A stretch of DNA of 64,000 nt. It comes from Eledone cirrhosa. Taxonomy: Eukaryota. The stretch spans positions 166,966,001 through 167,030,000 of the forward strand of contig OZ024742.1 of assembly GCA_964016885.1 (NCBI GenBank). Direction: 5' to 3'. Position 1 is the first letter of the stretch, and the number at the start of each line of letters is the position of its first letter. This document shows positions 1 through 11,502 of the stretch, piece by piece. The translations under genes were made by a program, and so were the position numbers. The notes beneath the pieces were generated by a model. It was not told the origin of the DNA. It made no database searches and saw only the letters and a list, made by a program, of their open reading frames with translations.

Positions 1-509
1 TCAGGCGGAGATTGTAAAAAAAATCAGGGGGAGATAATTTGTAAAAAAATCAGGGGGAGATAATTTGTAAAAAAAAAATCAGGGGGAGACAATTTGTAAA
101 AAAAATCAGGGGGAAATAATTTGTAAAAAAAAATCAAGGGGAGATAATTTGTACAAAAAATCAGGGGTATATAATTTGTAAAAAAAAATCAGGGGGAGAT
201 AATTTGTAAAAAGAAATCAGGGGGAGATAATTTGTAAAAAAAATCAAGGGGAGATAATTTGCAGCCGTCCAAGGGGAGATAATTTTCAGCCGTCCAAGGA
301 GAGGTAATTTCTAGCCGTCCAAGGTGAGATAATATCCAGCCGTCCAAGGGGAGATAATTTCCAGCCGTCCAAGGGGAGATAATTTTTAAAAAAAAACAGG
401 CGAAGATAATTTGTAAAAAAAAAATCAGGGGGAGATAATTTGTAAAAAAAAATCAGGGGGAGATAATTTGTAAAAAAAAATCAGGGGGAGGTAATTTGTA
501 AAAAAAATC

Positions 510-660
510 AAGGGGAGATAATTTCCAGCCGTCCAAGGGAAGATAATTTCCAGCCCTCCAAGGGGCTATAATTTCCAGCGTCCAAGGGGAGATAATTTCC
601 AGCCAGCGAAGGGGAGATAATTGTTTTAAAAAAATCATTGGGAGATTTGTAAAAAAAATC
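510..660 (+). repeat. Cassette Y exemplar: std / GGGAAGAT..CCCTCC / GGGGCTAT..CAGCGTCC (24 bp) / CCAGCCAGCG / T-rich B unit / CATTGGGAGATTTGT
   Basis: The same ordered variants recur at e.g. ~2500, 3650, 11790, 13130, 15160, 16520, 19480, 43110, 57810 (LEIIAPW motif in the ORF track). Confidence 0.88.
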
Positions 661-2105
661 AGGGGGAGATAATTAATAAAAAAAATCAAGGGGAGATAAT
701 TCCAGCCGTCCAAGGGGAGGTAATATCTAGCCGTCCAAGGGGAGATAATTTCCAGCCGTCCAAGGGGAGATAATTTCCAGCCGTTCAAGGGTAGATAATA
801 TCCAGCCGTCCAAGGAGACATATTTTCCAGCCGTGCAAGGAGAGGTAATTTCTAGCCGTCCAAGGGGAGATAAATTCCAGCCTCCAAGGGGAGATAATTT
901 CCAGCCAGCCAAGGCGAGATAATTTGTAAAAAAATCAGGGGGAGATAATTTGTAAAAAAAGTCAGGGGTAGATAATTTGTAAAAAAAAATCAGGGGGAGA
1001 TAATTTGTAAAAAAAAATCAGGGGGAGATAATTTGTAAAGAAAATCAAGGGGAGATAATTTCCAGCCATCCAAGGAGAGATAATTTTAAAAAAAAATCAG
1101 GCGGAGATAATTTGTAAAAAAAAATCAGGGGGAGATAATTTGTAAAAAAAATCAGGGGGTGATAATTTGTAAAAAAAATCAAGGGGAGATAATTTCCAGC
1201 CGTCCAAGGGGAGATAATTTCCAGCCGTCCAAGGGGACATAAATTTTTTAAAAAAATCAGGCGGAGATAATTTGTAAAAAAAATCAGGGGGAGATAAATT
1301 GTAAAAAAAAATCAGGGGGAGATAATTTGTAAAAAAAATCAGGGGGAGATAATTTCCAGCCGTCCAAGGTAAGATAATTTCCAGCCCTCCAAGGGGCTAT
1401 AATTTCCAGCATCCAAGGGGAGATAATTTCCAGCCGTCCAAGGGTAGATAATATCCAGCCGTCCAAGTAGACATATATTCCAGCCGTCCAAGGAGAGGTA
1501 ATTTCTAGCCGTCCAAGGGGAGATAAATTCCAGCCTCCAAGGGGAGATAATTTCCAGCCAGCCAAGGGGAGATAATTTGTAAAAAAATCAGGGGGAGATA
1601 ATTTGTAAAAAAAATCAGGGGGAGATAATTTGTAAAAAAAAATCAGGGGGAGATAATTTGTAAAAAAAAATCAGGGGGAGATAATTTCCAGCCGTCCAAG
1701 GGGAGATAATTTTCAGCCGTCCAAGGGTAGATAATATCCAGCCGTCCAAGTAGACATTTTCCAGCCGTCCAAGGAGAGGTAATTTCTAGCCGTCCAAGGG
1801 GAGATAAATTCCAGCCTCCAAGGGGAGATAATTTCCAGCCAGCCAAGGGGAGATAATTTGTAAAAAAATCAGGGGGAGATAATTTGTAAAAAAAATCAGG
1901 GGGAGATAATTAGTAAAAAAAAATCAGGGGGAGATAATTTGTAAAAAAAAATCAGGGGGAGATAATTTGTAAAAAAAATCAAGGGGAGATAATTTCCAGC
2001 CGTCCAAGGGGAGATAATTTTCAGCCGTCCAAGGGGAGATAATTTCCAGCCGTCCAAGGGGAGATAATTTCCATCCTTCCAAGGGGAGATAATTTCCAGC
2101 CTTCC

Positions 2106-2190
2106 AAGGGGAGATAATTTTCAGCCGTCCAAGGGGAGATAATTTCCCGCCAGCCAAGGGAAGATAATATTTTAAAAAATCAGGCGGAGA
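2106..2190 (+). repeat. Cassette Z exemplar: TTTTCAGCC / TTTCCCGCCAGCC / AAGGGAAGATAATATTTAAAAATC / AGGCGG
   Basis: Recurs at e.g. ~3250, 5280, 12730, 15470, 17480, 25660, 46190, 62770 (AGGKLSP motif in the ORF track). Confidence 0.88.
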
Positions 2191-4817
2191 TAATTTGTAA
2201 AAAAAATCAGGGGGAGATAATTTGTAAAAAAATCAGGGGGAGATAATTTGTAAAAAAAAAATCAGGGGGAGATAATTTGTAAAAAAAATCAGGGGGAGAT
2301 AATTTGTAAAAAAAAATCAGGGGTAGATAATTTGTAAAAAAAAATCAGGGGGAGATAATTTGTAAAAAAAAAATCAGGGGGAGATAATTTGTAAAAAAAA
2401 TCAAGGGGAGATAATTTCCAGCCGTCCAAGGAGAGATAATTTTTAAAAAAAATCAGGCGGAGATAATTTGTAAAAAAAAATCAGGGGGAGATAATTTCCA
2501 GCCGTCGAAGGGAAGATAATTTCCAGCCCTCCAAGGGGCTATAATTTCCAGCGTCCAAGGGGAGATAATTTCCAGCCAGCGAAGGGGAGATAATTTTTTT
2601 TAAAAAATCATTGGGAGATTTGTAAAAAAAATCAGGGGGAGATAATTTGTAAAAAAAACCAAGGGGAGATAATTTCCAGCCGTCCAAGGGGAGGTAATAT
2701 CTAGCCATCCAAGGGGAGATAATTTCCAGCCGTCCAAGGGGAGATAATTTCCAGCCGTCCAAGGGTAGATAATATCCAGCCGTCCAAGTAGACATTTTCC
2801 AGCCGTCCAAGGAGAGGTAATTTCTAGCCGTCCAAGGGGAGATAAATTCCAGCCTCCAAGGGGAGATAATTTCCAGCCAGCCAAGGGGAGATAATTTGTA
2901 AAAAAATCAGGGGGAGATAATTTGTAAAAAAAATCAGGGGGAGATAATTTGTAAAAAAAAATCAGGGGTAGATAATTTGTAAAAAAAAATCAGGGGGAGA
3001 TAATTTGTAAAAAAAAATCAGGGGGAGATAATTTGTAAAAAAAATCAAGGGGAGATAATTTCCAGCCGTCCAAGGGGAGATAATTTTCAGCCGTCCAAGG
3101 GGAGATAATTTCCAGCCGTCCAAGGGGAGATAATTTCCATCCTTCCAAGGGGAGATAATTTGTAAAAAAAAATCAGGGGGAGATAATTTGTAAAAAAAAT
3201 CAAGGGGAGATAATTTCCAGCCGTCCAAGGGGAGATAATTTTCAGCCGTCCAAGGGGAGATAATTTCCCGCCAGCCAAGGGAAGATAATATTTAAAAAAA
3301 TCAGGCGGAGATAATTTGTAAAAAAAATCAGGGGGAGATAATTTGTAAAAAAATCAGGGGGAGATAATTTGTAAAAAAAAAATCAGGGGGAGATAATTTG
3401 TAAAAAAAATCAGGGCTAGATAATTTGTAAAAAAAAATCAGGGGTAGATAATTTGTAAAAGAAAATCAGGGGGAGATAATTTGTAAAAAAAATCAAGGGG
3501 AGATAATTTCCAGCCGTCCAAGGAGAGATAATTTTAAAAAAAAATCAGGCGGAGATAATTTGTAAAAAAAAATCAAGGGGAGATAATTTGTAAAAAAAAA
3601 TCAGGGGGAGATAATTTGTAAAAAAAATCAAGGGGAGATAATTTCCAGCCGTCCAAGGGAAGATAATTTCCAGCACTCCAAGGGGCTATAATTTCCAGTG
3701 TCCAAGGGGAGATAATTTCCAGCCAGCGAAGGGGAGATAATTTTTTTAAAAAAATCAGGGGGAGATATGTAAAAAAAATCAGAGGGAGATAATTTCTAAA
3801 AAAAATCAAAGGGAGATAATTTCCAGCCGTCCAAAGAGAGATAATTTCTAGCCGTCCAAGGGGAGATAATTTCCAGCCAAGAGGATATAATTTCCAGCCG
3901 TCCAAGGGGAGATAATTTCCAGCCGTCCAAGGGGAGATAATTTCCATCCTTCCAAGGGGAGATAATCTCCAGCCGTCCAAGGGGAGATAATTTCCCGCCA
4001 GCCAAGGGAAGATAATTTTTAAAAAAATCAGGCGGAGATTGTAAAAAAAATCAGGGGGAGATAATTTGTAAAAAAATTCAGGGGGAGATAATTTGTAAAA
4101 ACAAAATCAAGGGCAGATAATTTCCAGCTGTCCAAGGGGAGATAATTTCCAGCCGTCCAAGGGGAGATAATTTCCATCCTTCCAAGGGGAGATAATCTCC
4201 AGCCGTCCAAGGGGAGATAATTTCCCGCCAGCCAAGGGAAGATAATTTTTAAAAAAATCAGGCGGAGATTGTAAAAAAAATCAGGGGGAGATAATTTGTA
4301 AAAAAATCAGGGGGAGATAATTTGTAAAAAAAAAATCAGGGGAGATAATTTGTAAAAAAAAATCAGGGGGAGATAATTTGTAAAAAAAAAATCAGGGGGA
4401 GATAATTTGTAAAAAAAATCAGGGGTAGATAATTTGTAAAAAAAAATCAGGGGGAGATAATTTGTAAAAAAAAATCAGGGGGAGATAATTTGTAAAAAAA
4501 TCAAGGGGAGATAATATGCAGCCGTCCAAGGGGAGATAATATGCAGCCGTCCAAGGGGAGATAATTTTCAGCCGTCCAAGGAGAGGTAATTTCTAGCCGT
4601 CCAAGGGGAGATAATTTCCAGCCGTCCAAGGGGAGATAATTTCCAGCCGTCCAATGGGAGATAGTTTTTTTAAAAAAATCAGGCGGAGATAATTTGTAAA
4701 AAAAAAATCAGGGGGAGATAATTTGTAAAAAAAAATCAGGGGTAGATAATTTGTAAAAAAAATCAGGGGGAGATAATTTGTAAAAAAAATCAGGGAGAGA
4801 TAATTAGTAAAAAAATC

Positions 4818-5041
4818 AAGGGGAGATAATTTCCAGCCGTCCAAGGGGAGGTAATATCTAGCCGTCCAAGGGGAGATAATTTCCAGCCGTCCAAGGGGAG
4901 ATAATTTCCAGCCGTCCAAGGGTAGATAATATCCAGCCGTCCAAGTAGACATATTTTCCAGCCGTCCAAGGAGAGGTAATTTCTAGCCGTCCAAGGGGAG
5001 ATAAATTCCAGCCTCCAAGGGGAGATAATTTCCAGCCAGCC
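4818..5041 (+). repeat. Cassette X exemplar: ordered 9-monomer type-A run (224 bp)
   Basis: Fixed order: std / GGAGGTAATATCTAG / std / std / GGGTAGATAATATCC / (G|T)AGACATATTTTCC / GGAGAGGTAATTTCTAG / GATAAATTCCAGCCTCC (24 bp) / CCAGCCAGCC. Its 3' part recurs about 50 times by hand count (translated as AGWKLSPLGGWNLSP in the ORF track). Confidence 0.9.
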
Positions 5042-5843
5042 AAGGGGAGATAATTTGTAAAAAAATCAGGGGGAGATAATTTGTAAAAAAAATCAATTGG
5101 AGATAATTTCCAGCCGTCCAAGGAGAGATAATTTTAAAAAAAAATCAGGCGAAGATAATTTGTAAAAAAAAATCAGGGGGAGATAATTTGTAAAAAAAAA
5201 TCAGGGGGAGATAATTTGTAAAAAAAATCAAGGGGAGATAATTTCCAGCTGTCCAAGGGGAGATAATTTTCAGCCGCCCAAGGGGAGATAATTTCCCGCC
5301 AGCCAAGGGAAGATAATATTTAAAAAAATCAGGCGGAGATAATTTGTAAAAAAAATCAGGGGGAGATAATTTGTAAAAAAATCAGGGGGAGATAATTTGA
5401 AAAAAAAAAATCAGGGGGAGATAATTTGTAAAAAAAATCAGGGGGAGATAATTTGTAAAAAAAAATCAGGGGTAGATAATTTGTAAAAAAAAATCAGGGG
5501 GAGATAATTTGTAAAAAAAAATCAGGGGGAGATAATTTGTAAAAAAAATCAATTGGAGATAATTTCCAGCCGTCCAAGGAGAGATAATTTAAAAAAAAAA
5601 TCAGGCGAAGATAATTTGTAAAAAAAAATCAGGGGGAGATAATTTGTAAAAAAAAATCAGGGGGAGATAATTTGTAAAAAAAATCAAGGGGAGATAATTT
5701 CCAGCCGTCCAAGGGGAGAATTTTCAGCCGTCCAAGGAGAGGTAATTTCTAGCCGTCCAAGGGGAGATAATTTCCCGCCATCCAAGGGGAGATAATTTCC
5801 AGCCGTCCAAGGGGAGATAATTTAAAAAAAAAATCAGGCGGAT

Positions 5844-8800
5844 ATAATTTGTAAAAAGAAATCAGGGGGAGATAATTTGTAAAAAAAATCAAGGGGAGAT
5901 AATTTGCAGCCGTCCAAGGGGAGATAATTTTCAGCCGTCCAAGGAGAGGTAATTTCTAGCCGTCCAAGGTGAGATAATATCCAGCCGTCCAAGGGGAGAT
6001 AATTTCCAGCCGTCCAAGGGGAGATAATTTTTAAAAAAAAACAGGCGAAGATAATTTGTAAAAAAAAAATCAGGGGGAGATAATTTGTAAAAAAAAATCA
6101 GGGGGAGATAATTTGTAAAAAAAAATCAGGGGGAGGTAATTTGTAAAAAAAATCAAGGGGAGATAATTTCCAGCCGTCCAAGGGAAGATAATTTCCAGCC
6201 CTCCAAGGGGCTATAATTTCCAGCGTCCAAGGGGAGATAATTTCCAGCCAGCGAAGGGGAGATAATTGTTTTAAAAAAATCATTGGGAGATTTGTAAAAA
6301 AAATCAGGGGGAGATAATTAATAAAAAAAATCAAGGGGAGATAATTCCAGCCGTCCAAGGGGAGGTAATATCTAGCCGTCCAAGGGGAGATAATTTCCAG
6401 CCGTCCAAGGGGAGATAATTTCCAGCCGTTCAAGGGTAGATAATATCCAGCCGTCCAAGGAGACATATTTTCCAGCCGTGCAAGGAGAGGTAATTTCTAG
6501 CCGTCCAAGGGGAGATAAATTCCAGCCTCCAAGGGGAGATAATTTCCAGCCAGCCAAGGCGAGATAATTTGTAAAAAAATCAGGGGGAGATAATTTGTAA
6601 AAAAAGTCAGGGGTAGATAATTTGTAAAAAAAAATCAGGGGGAGATAATTTGTAAAAAAAAATCAGGGGGAGATAATTTGTAAAGAAAATCAAGGGGAGA
6701 TAATTTCCAGCCATCCAAGGAGAGATAATTTTAAAAAAAAATCAGGCGGAGATAATTTGTAAAAAAAAATCAGGGGGAGATAATTTGTAAAAAAAATCAG
6801 GGGGTGATAATTTGTAAAAAAAATCAAGGGGAGATAATTTCCAGCCGTCCAAGGGGAGATAATTTCCAGCCGTCCAAGGGGACATAAATTTTTTAAAAAA
6901 ATCAGGCGGAGATAATTTGTAAAAAAAATCAGGGGGAGATAAATTGTAAAAAAAAATCAGGGGGAGATAATTTGTAAAAAAAATCAGGGGGAGATAATTT
7001 CCAGCCGTCCAAGGTAAGATAATTTCCAGCCCTCCAAGGGGCTATAATTTCCAGCATCCAAGGGGAGATAATTTCCAGCCGTCCAAGGGTAGATAATATC
7101 CAGCCGTCCAAGTAGACATATATTCCAGCCGTCCAAGGAGAGGTAATTTCTAGCCGTCCAAGGGGAGATAAATTCCAGCCTCCAAGGGGAGATAATTTCC
7201 AGCCAGCCAAGGGGAGATAATTTGTAAAAAAATCAGGGGGAGATAATTTGTAAAAAAAATCAGGGGGAGATAATTTGTAAAAAAAAATCAGGGGGAGATA
7301 ATTTGTAAAAAAAAATCAGGGGGAGATAATTTCCAGCCGTCCAAGGGGAGATAATTTTCAGCCGTCCAAGGGTAGATAATATCCAGCCGTCCAAGTAGAC
7401 ATTTTCCAGCCGTCCAAGGAGAGGTAATTTCTAGCCGTCCAAGGGGAGATAAATTCCAGCCTCCAAGGGGAGATAATTTCCAGCCAGCCAAGGGGAGATA
7501 ATTTGTAAAAAAATCAGGGGGAGATAATTTGTAAAAAAAATCAGGGGGAGATAATTAGTAAAAAAAAATCAGGGGGAGATAATTTGTAAAAAAAAATCAG
7601 GGGGAGATAATTTGTAAAAAAAATCAAGGGGAGATAATTTCCAGCCGTCCAAGGGGAGATAATTTTCAGCCGTCCAAGGGGAGATAATTTCCAGCCGTCC
7701 AAGGGGAGATAATTTCCATCCTTCCAAGGGGAGATAATTTCCAGCCTTCCAAGGGGAGATAATTTTCAGCCGTCCAAGGGGAGATAATTTCCCGCCAGCC
7801 AAGGGAAGATAATATTTTAAAAAATCAGGCGGAGATAATTTGTAAAAAAAATCAGGGGGAGATAATTTGTAAAAAAATCAGGGGGAGATAATTTGTAAAA
7901 AAAAAATCAGGGGGAGATAATTTGTAAAAAAAATCAGGGGGAGATAATTTGTAAAAAAAAATCAGGGGTAGATAATTTGTAAAAAAAAATCAGGGGGAGA
8001 TAATTTGTAAAAAAAAAATCAGGGGGAGATAATTTGTAAAAAAAATCAAGGGGAGATAATTTCCAGCCGTCCAAGGAGAGATAATTTTTAAAAAAAATCA
8101 GGCGGAGATAATTTGTAAAAAAAAATCAGGGGGAGATAATTTCCAGCCGTCGAAGGGAAGATAATTTCCAGCCCTCCAAGGGGCTATAATTTCCAGCGTC
8201 CAAGGGGAGATAATTTCCAGCCAGCGAAGGGGAGATACTTTTTTTTAAAAAATCATTGGGAGATTTGTAAAAAAAATCAGGGGGAGATAATTTGTAAAAA
8301 AAACCAAGGGGAGATAATTTCCAGCCGTCCAAGGGGAGGTAATATCTAGCCATCCAAGGGGAGATAATTTCCAGCCGTCCAAGGGGAGATAATTTCCAGC
8401 CGTCCAAGGGTAGATAATATCCAGCCGTCCAAGTAGACATTTTCCAGCCGTCCAAGGAGAGGTAATTTCTAGCCGTCCAAGGGGAGATAAATTCCAGCCT
8501 CCAAGGGGAGATAATTTCCAGCCAGCCAAGGGGAGATAATTTGTAAAAAAATCAGGGGGAGATAATTTGTAAAAAAAATCAGGGGGAGATAATTTGTAAA
8601 AAAAAATCAGGGGTAGATAATTTGTAAAAAAAAATCAGGGGGAGATAATTTGTAAAAAAAAATCAGGGGGAGATAATTTGTAAAAAAAATCAAGGGGAGA
8701 TAATTTCCAGCCGTCCAAGGGGAGATAATTTTCAGCCGTCCAAGGGGAGATAATTTCCAGCCGTCCAAGGGGAGATAATTTCCATCCTTCCAAGGGGAGA

Positions 8801-11502
8801 TAATTTGTAAAAAAAAATCAGGGGGAGATAATTTGTAAAAAAAATCAAGGGGAGATAATTTCCAGCCGTCCAAGGGGAGATAATTTTCAGCCGTCCAAGG
8901 GGAGATAATTTCCCGCCAGCCAAGGGAAGATAATATTTAAAAAAATCAGGCGGAGATAATTTGTAAAAAAAATCAGGGGGAGATAATTTGTAAAAAAATC
9001 AGGGGGAGATAATTTGTAAAAAAAAAATCAGGGGGAGATAATTTGTAAAAAAAATCAGGGCTAGATAATTTGTAAAAAAAAATCAGGGGTAGATAATTTG
9101 TAAAAGAAAATCAGGGGGAGATAATTTGTAAAAAAAATCAAGGGGAGATAATTTCCAGCCGTCCAAGGAGAGATAATTTTAAAAAAAAATCAGGCGGAGA
9201 TAATTTGTAAAAAAAAATCAAGGGGAGATAATTTGTAAAAAAAAATCAGGGGGAGATAATTTGTAAAAAAAATCAAGGGGAGATAATTTCCAGCCGTCCA
9301 AGGGAAGATAATTTCCAGCACTCCAAGGGGCTATAATTTCCAGTGTCCAAGGGGAGATAATTTCCAGCCAGCGAAGGGGAGATAATTTTTTTAAAAAAAT
9401 CAGGGGGAGATATGTAAAAAAAATCAGAGGGAGATAATTTCTAAAAAAAATCAAAGGGAGATAATTTCCAGCCGTCCAAAGAGAGATAATTTCTAGCCGT
9501 CCAAGGGGAGATAATTTCCAGCCAAGAGGATATAATTTCCAGCCGTCCAAGGGGAGATAATTTCCAGCCGTCCAAGGGGAGATAATTTCCATCCTTCCAA
9601 GGGGAGATAATCTCCAGCCGTCCAAGGGGAGATAATTTCCCGCCAGCCAAGGGAAGATAATTTTTAAAAAAATCAGGCGGAGATTGTAAAAAAAATCAGG
9701 GGGAGATAATTTGTAAAAAAATTCAGGGGGAGATAATTTGTAAAAACAAAATCAAGGGCAGATAATTTCCAGCTGTCCAAGGGGAGATAATTTCCAGCCG
9801 TCCAAGGGGAGATAATTTCCATCCTTCCAAGGGGAGATAATCTCCAGCCGTCCAAGGGGAGATAATTTCCCGCCAGCCAAGGGAAGATAATTTTTAAAAA
9901 AATCAGGCGGAGATTGTAAAAAAAATCAGGGGGAGATAATTTGTAAAAAAATCAGGGGGAGATAATTTGTAAAAAAAAAATCAGGGGAGATAATTTGTAA
10001 AAAAAAATCAGGGGGAGATAATTTGTAAAAAAAAAATCAGGGGGAGATAATTTGTAAAAAAAATCAGGGGTAGATAATTTGTAAAAAAAAATCAGGGGGA
10101 GATAATTTGTAAAAAAAAATCAGGGGGAGATAATTTGTAAAAAAATCAAGGGGAGATAATATGCAGCCGTCCAAGGGGAGATAATATGCAGCCGTCCAAG
10201 GGGAGATAATTTTCAGCCGTCCAAGGAGAGGTAATTTCTAGCCGTCCAAGGGGAGATAATTTCCAGCCGTCCAAGGGGAGATAATTTCCAGCCGTCCAAT
10301 GGGAGATAGTTTTTTTAAAAAAATCAGGCGGAGATAATTTGTAAAAAAAAAATCAGGGGGAGATAATTTGTAAAAAAAAATCAGGGGTAGATAATTTGTA
10401 AAAAAAATCAGGGGGAGATAATTTGTAAAAAAAATCAGGGAGAGATAATTAGTAAAAAAATCAAGGGGAGATAATTTCCAGCCGTCCAAGGGGAGGTAAT
10501 ATCTAGCCGTCCAAGGGGAGATAATTTCCAGCCGTCCAAGGGGAGATAATTTCCAGCCGTCCAAGGGTAGATAATATCCAGCCGTCCAAGTAGACATATT
10601 TTCCAGCCGTCCAAGGAGAGGTAATTTCTAGCCGTCCAAGGGGAGATAAATTCCAGCCTCCAAGGGGAGATAATTTCCAGCCAGCCAAGGGGAGATAATT
10701 TGTAAAAAAATCAGGGGGAGATAATTTGTAAAAAAAATCAATTGGAGATAATTTCCAGCCGTCCAAGGAGAGATAATTTTAAAAAAAAATCAGGCGAAGA
10801 TAATTTGTAAAAAAAAATCAGGGGGAGATAATTTGTAAAAAAAAATCAGGGGGAGATAATTTGTAAAAAAAATCAAGGGGAGATAATTTCCAGCTGTCCA
10901 AGGGGAGATAATTTTCAGCCGCCCAAGGGGAGATAATTTCCCGCCAGCCAAGGGAAGATAATATTTAAAAAAATCAGGCGGAGATAATTTGTAAAAAAAA
11001 TCAGGGGGAGATAATTTGTAAAAAAATCAGGGGGAGATAATTTGAAAAAAAAAAATCAGGGGGAGATAATTTGTAAAAAAAATCAGGGGGAGATAATTTG
11101 TAAAAAAAAATCAGGGGTAGATAATTTGTAAAAAAAAATCAGGGGGAGATAATTTGTAAAAAAAAATCAGGGGGAGATAATTTGTAAAAAAAATCAATTG
11201 GAGATAATTTCCAGCCGTCCAAGGAGAGATAATTTAAAAAAAAAATCAGGCGAAGATAATTTGTAAAAAAAAATCAGGGGGAGATAATTTGTAAAAAAAA
11301 ATCAGGGGGAGATAATTTGTAAAAAAAATCAAGGGGAGATAATTTCCAGCCGTCCAAGGGGAGAATTTTCAGCCGTCCAAGGAGAGGTAATTTCTAGCCG
11401 TCCAAGGGGAGATAATTTCCCGCCATCCAAGGGGAGATAATTTCCAGCCGTCCAAGGGGAGATAATTTAAAAAAAAAATCAGGCGGATATAATTTGTAAA
11501 AA
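5844..11502 (+). repeat. Copy 2 of the 5,645-bp tandem duplication
   Basis: The +5645 offset holds to AGGCGGATAT at 11481 (= 5836+5645) and identity ends at about 11502. One substitution was noticed: C at 8238 vs A at 2593. Confidence 0.93.

Larger units (their letters stand above)
199..5843 (+). repeat. Copy 1 of a near-identical 5,645-bp tandem duplication
   Basis: ORF-track entries 453..5121 recur at a constant +5645 (453/6098, 2481/8126, 4858/10503). Private variants are shared with copy 2, e.g. G at 213 and 5858 inside an A-tract. Identity breaks just upstream (AGGGGGAGAT at 191 vs AGGCGGATAT at 5836). Confidence 0.93.

Noticed and set aside
1983-1997. NF-kB-like site GGGGAGATAATTTCC
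   Set aside because: The spacing between GGG and TTCC is too long for the 10-bp GGGRNWYYCC consensus.
3740-3755. ATTTTTTTAAAAAAAT palindromes at A-to-B junctions as terminators or cruciforms
   Set aside because: They are short and pure A/T. The T/A boundary shifts between paralogous copies, so the symmetry is not conserved and may partly reflect homopolymer calling.
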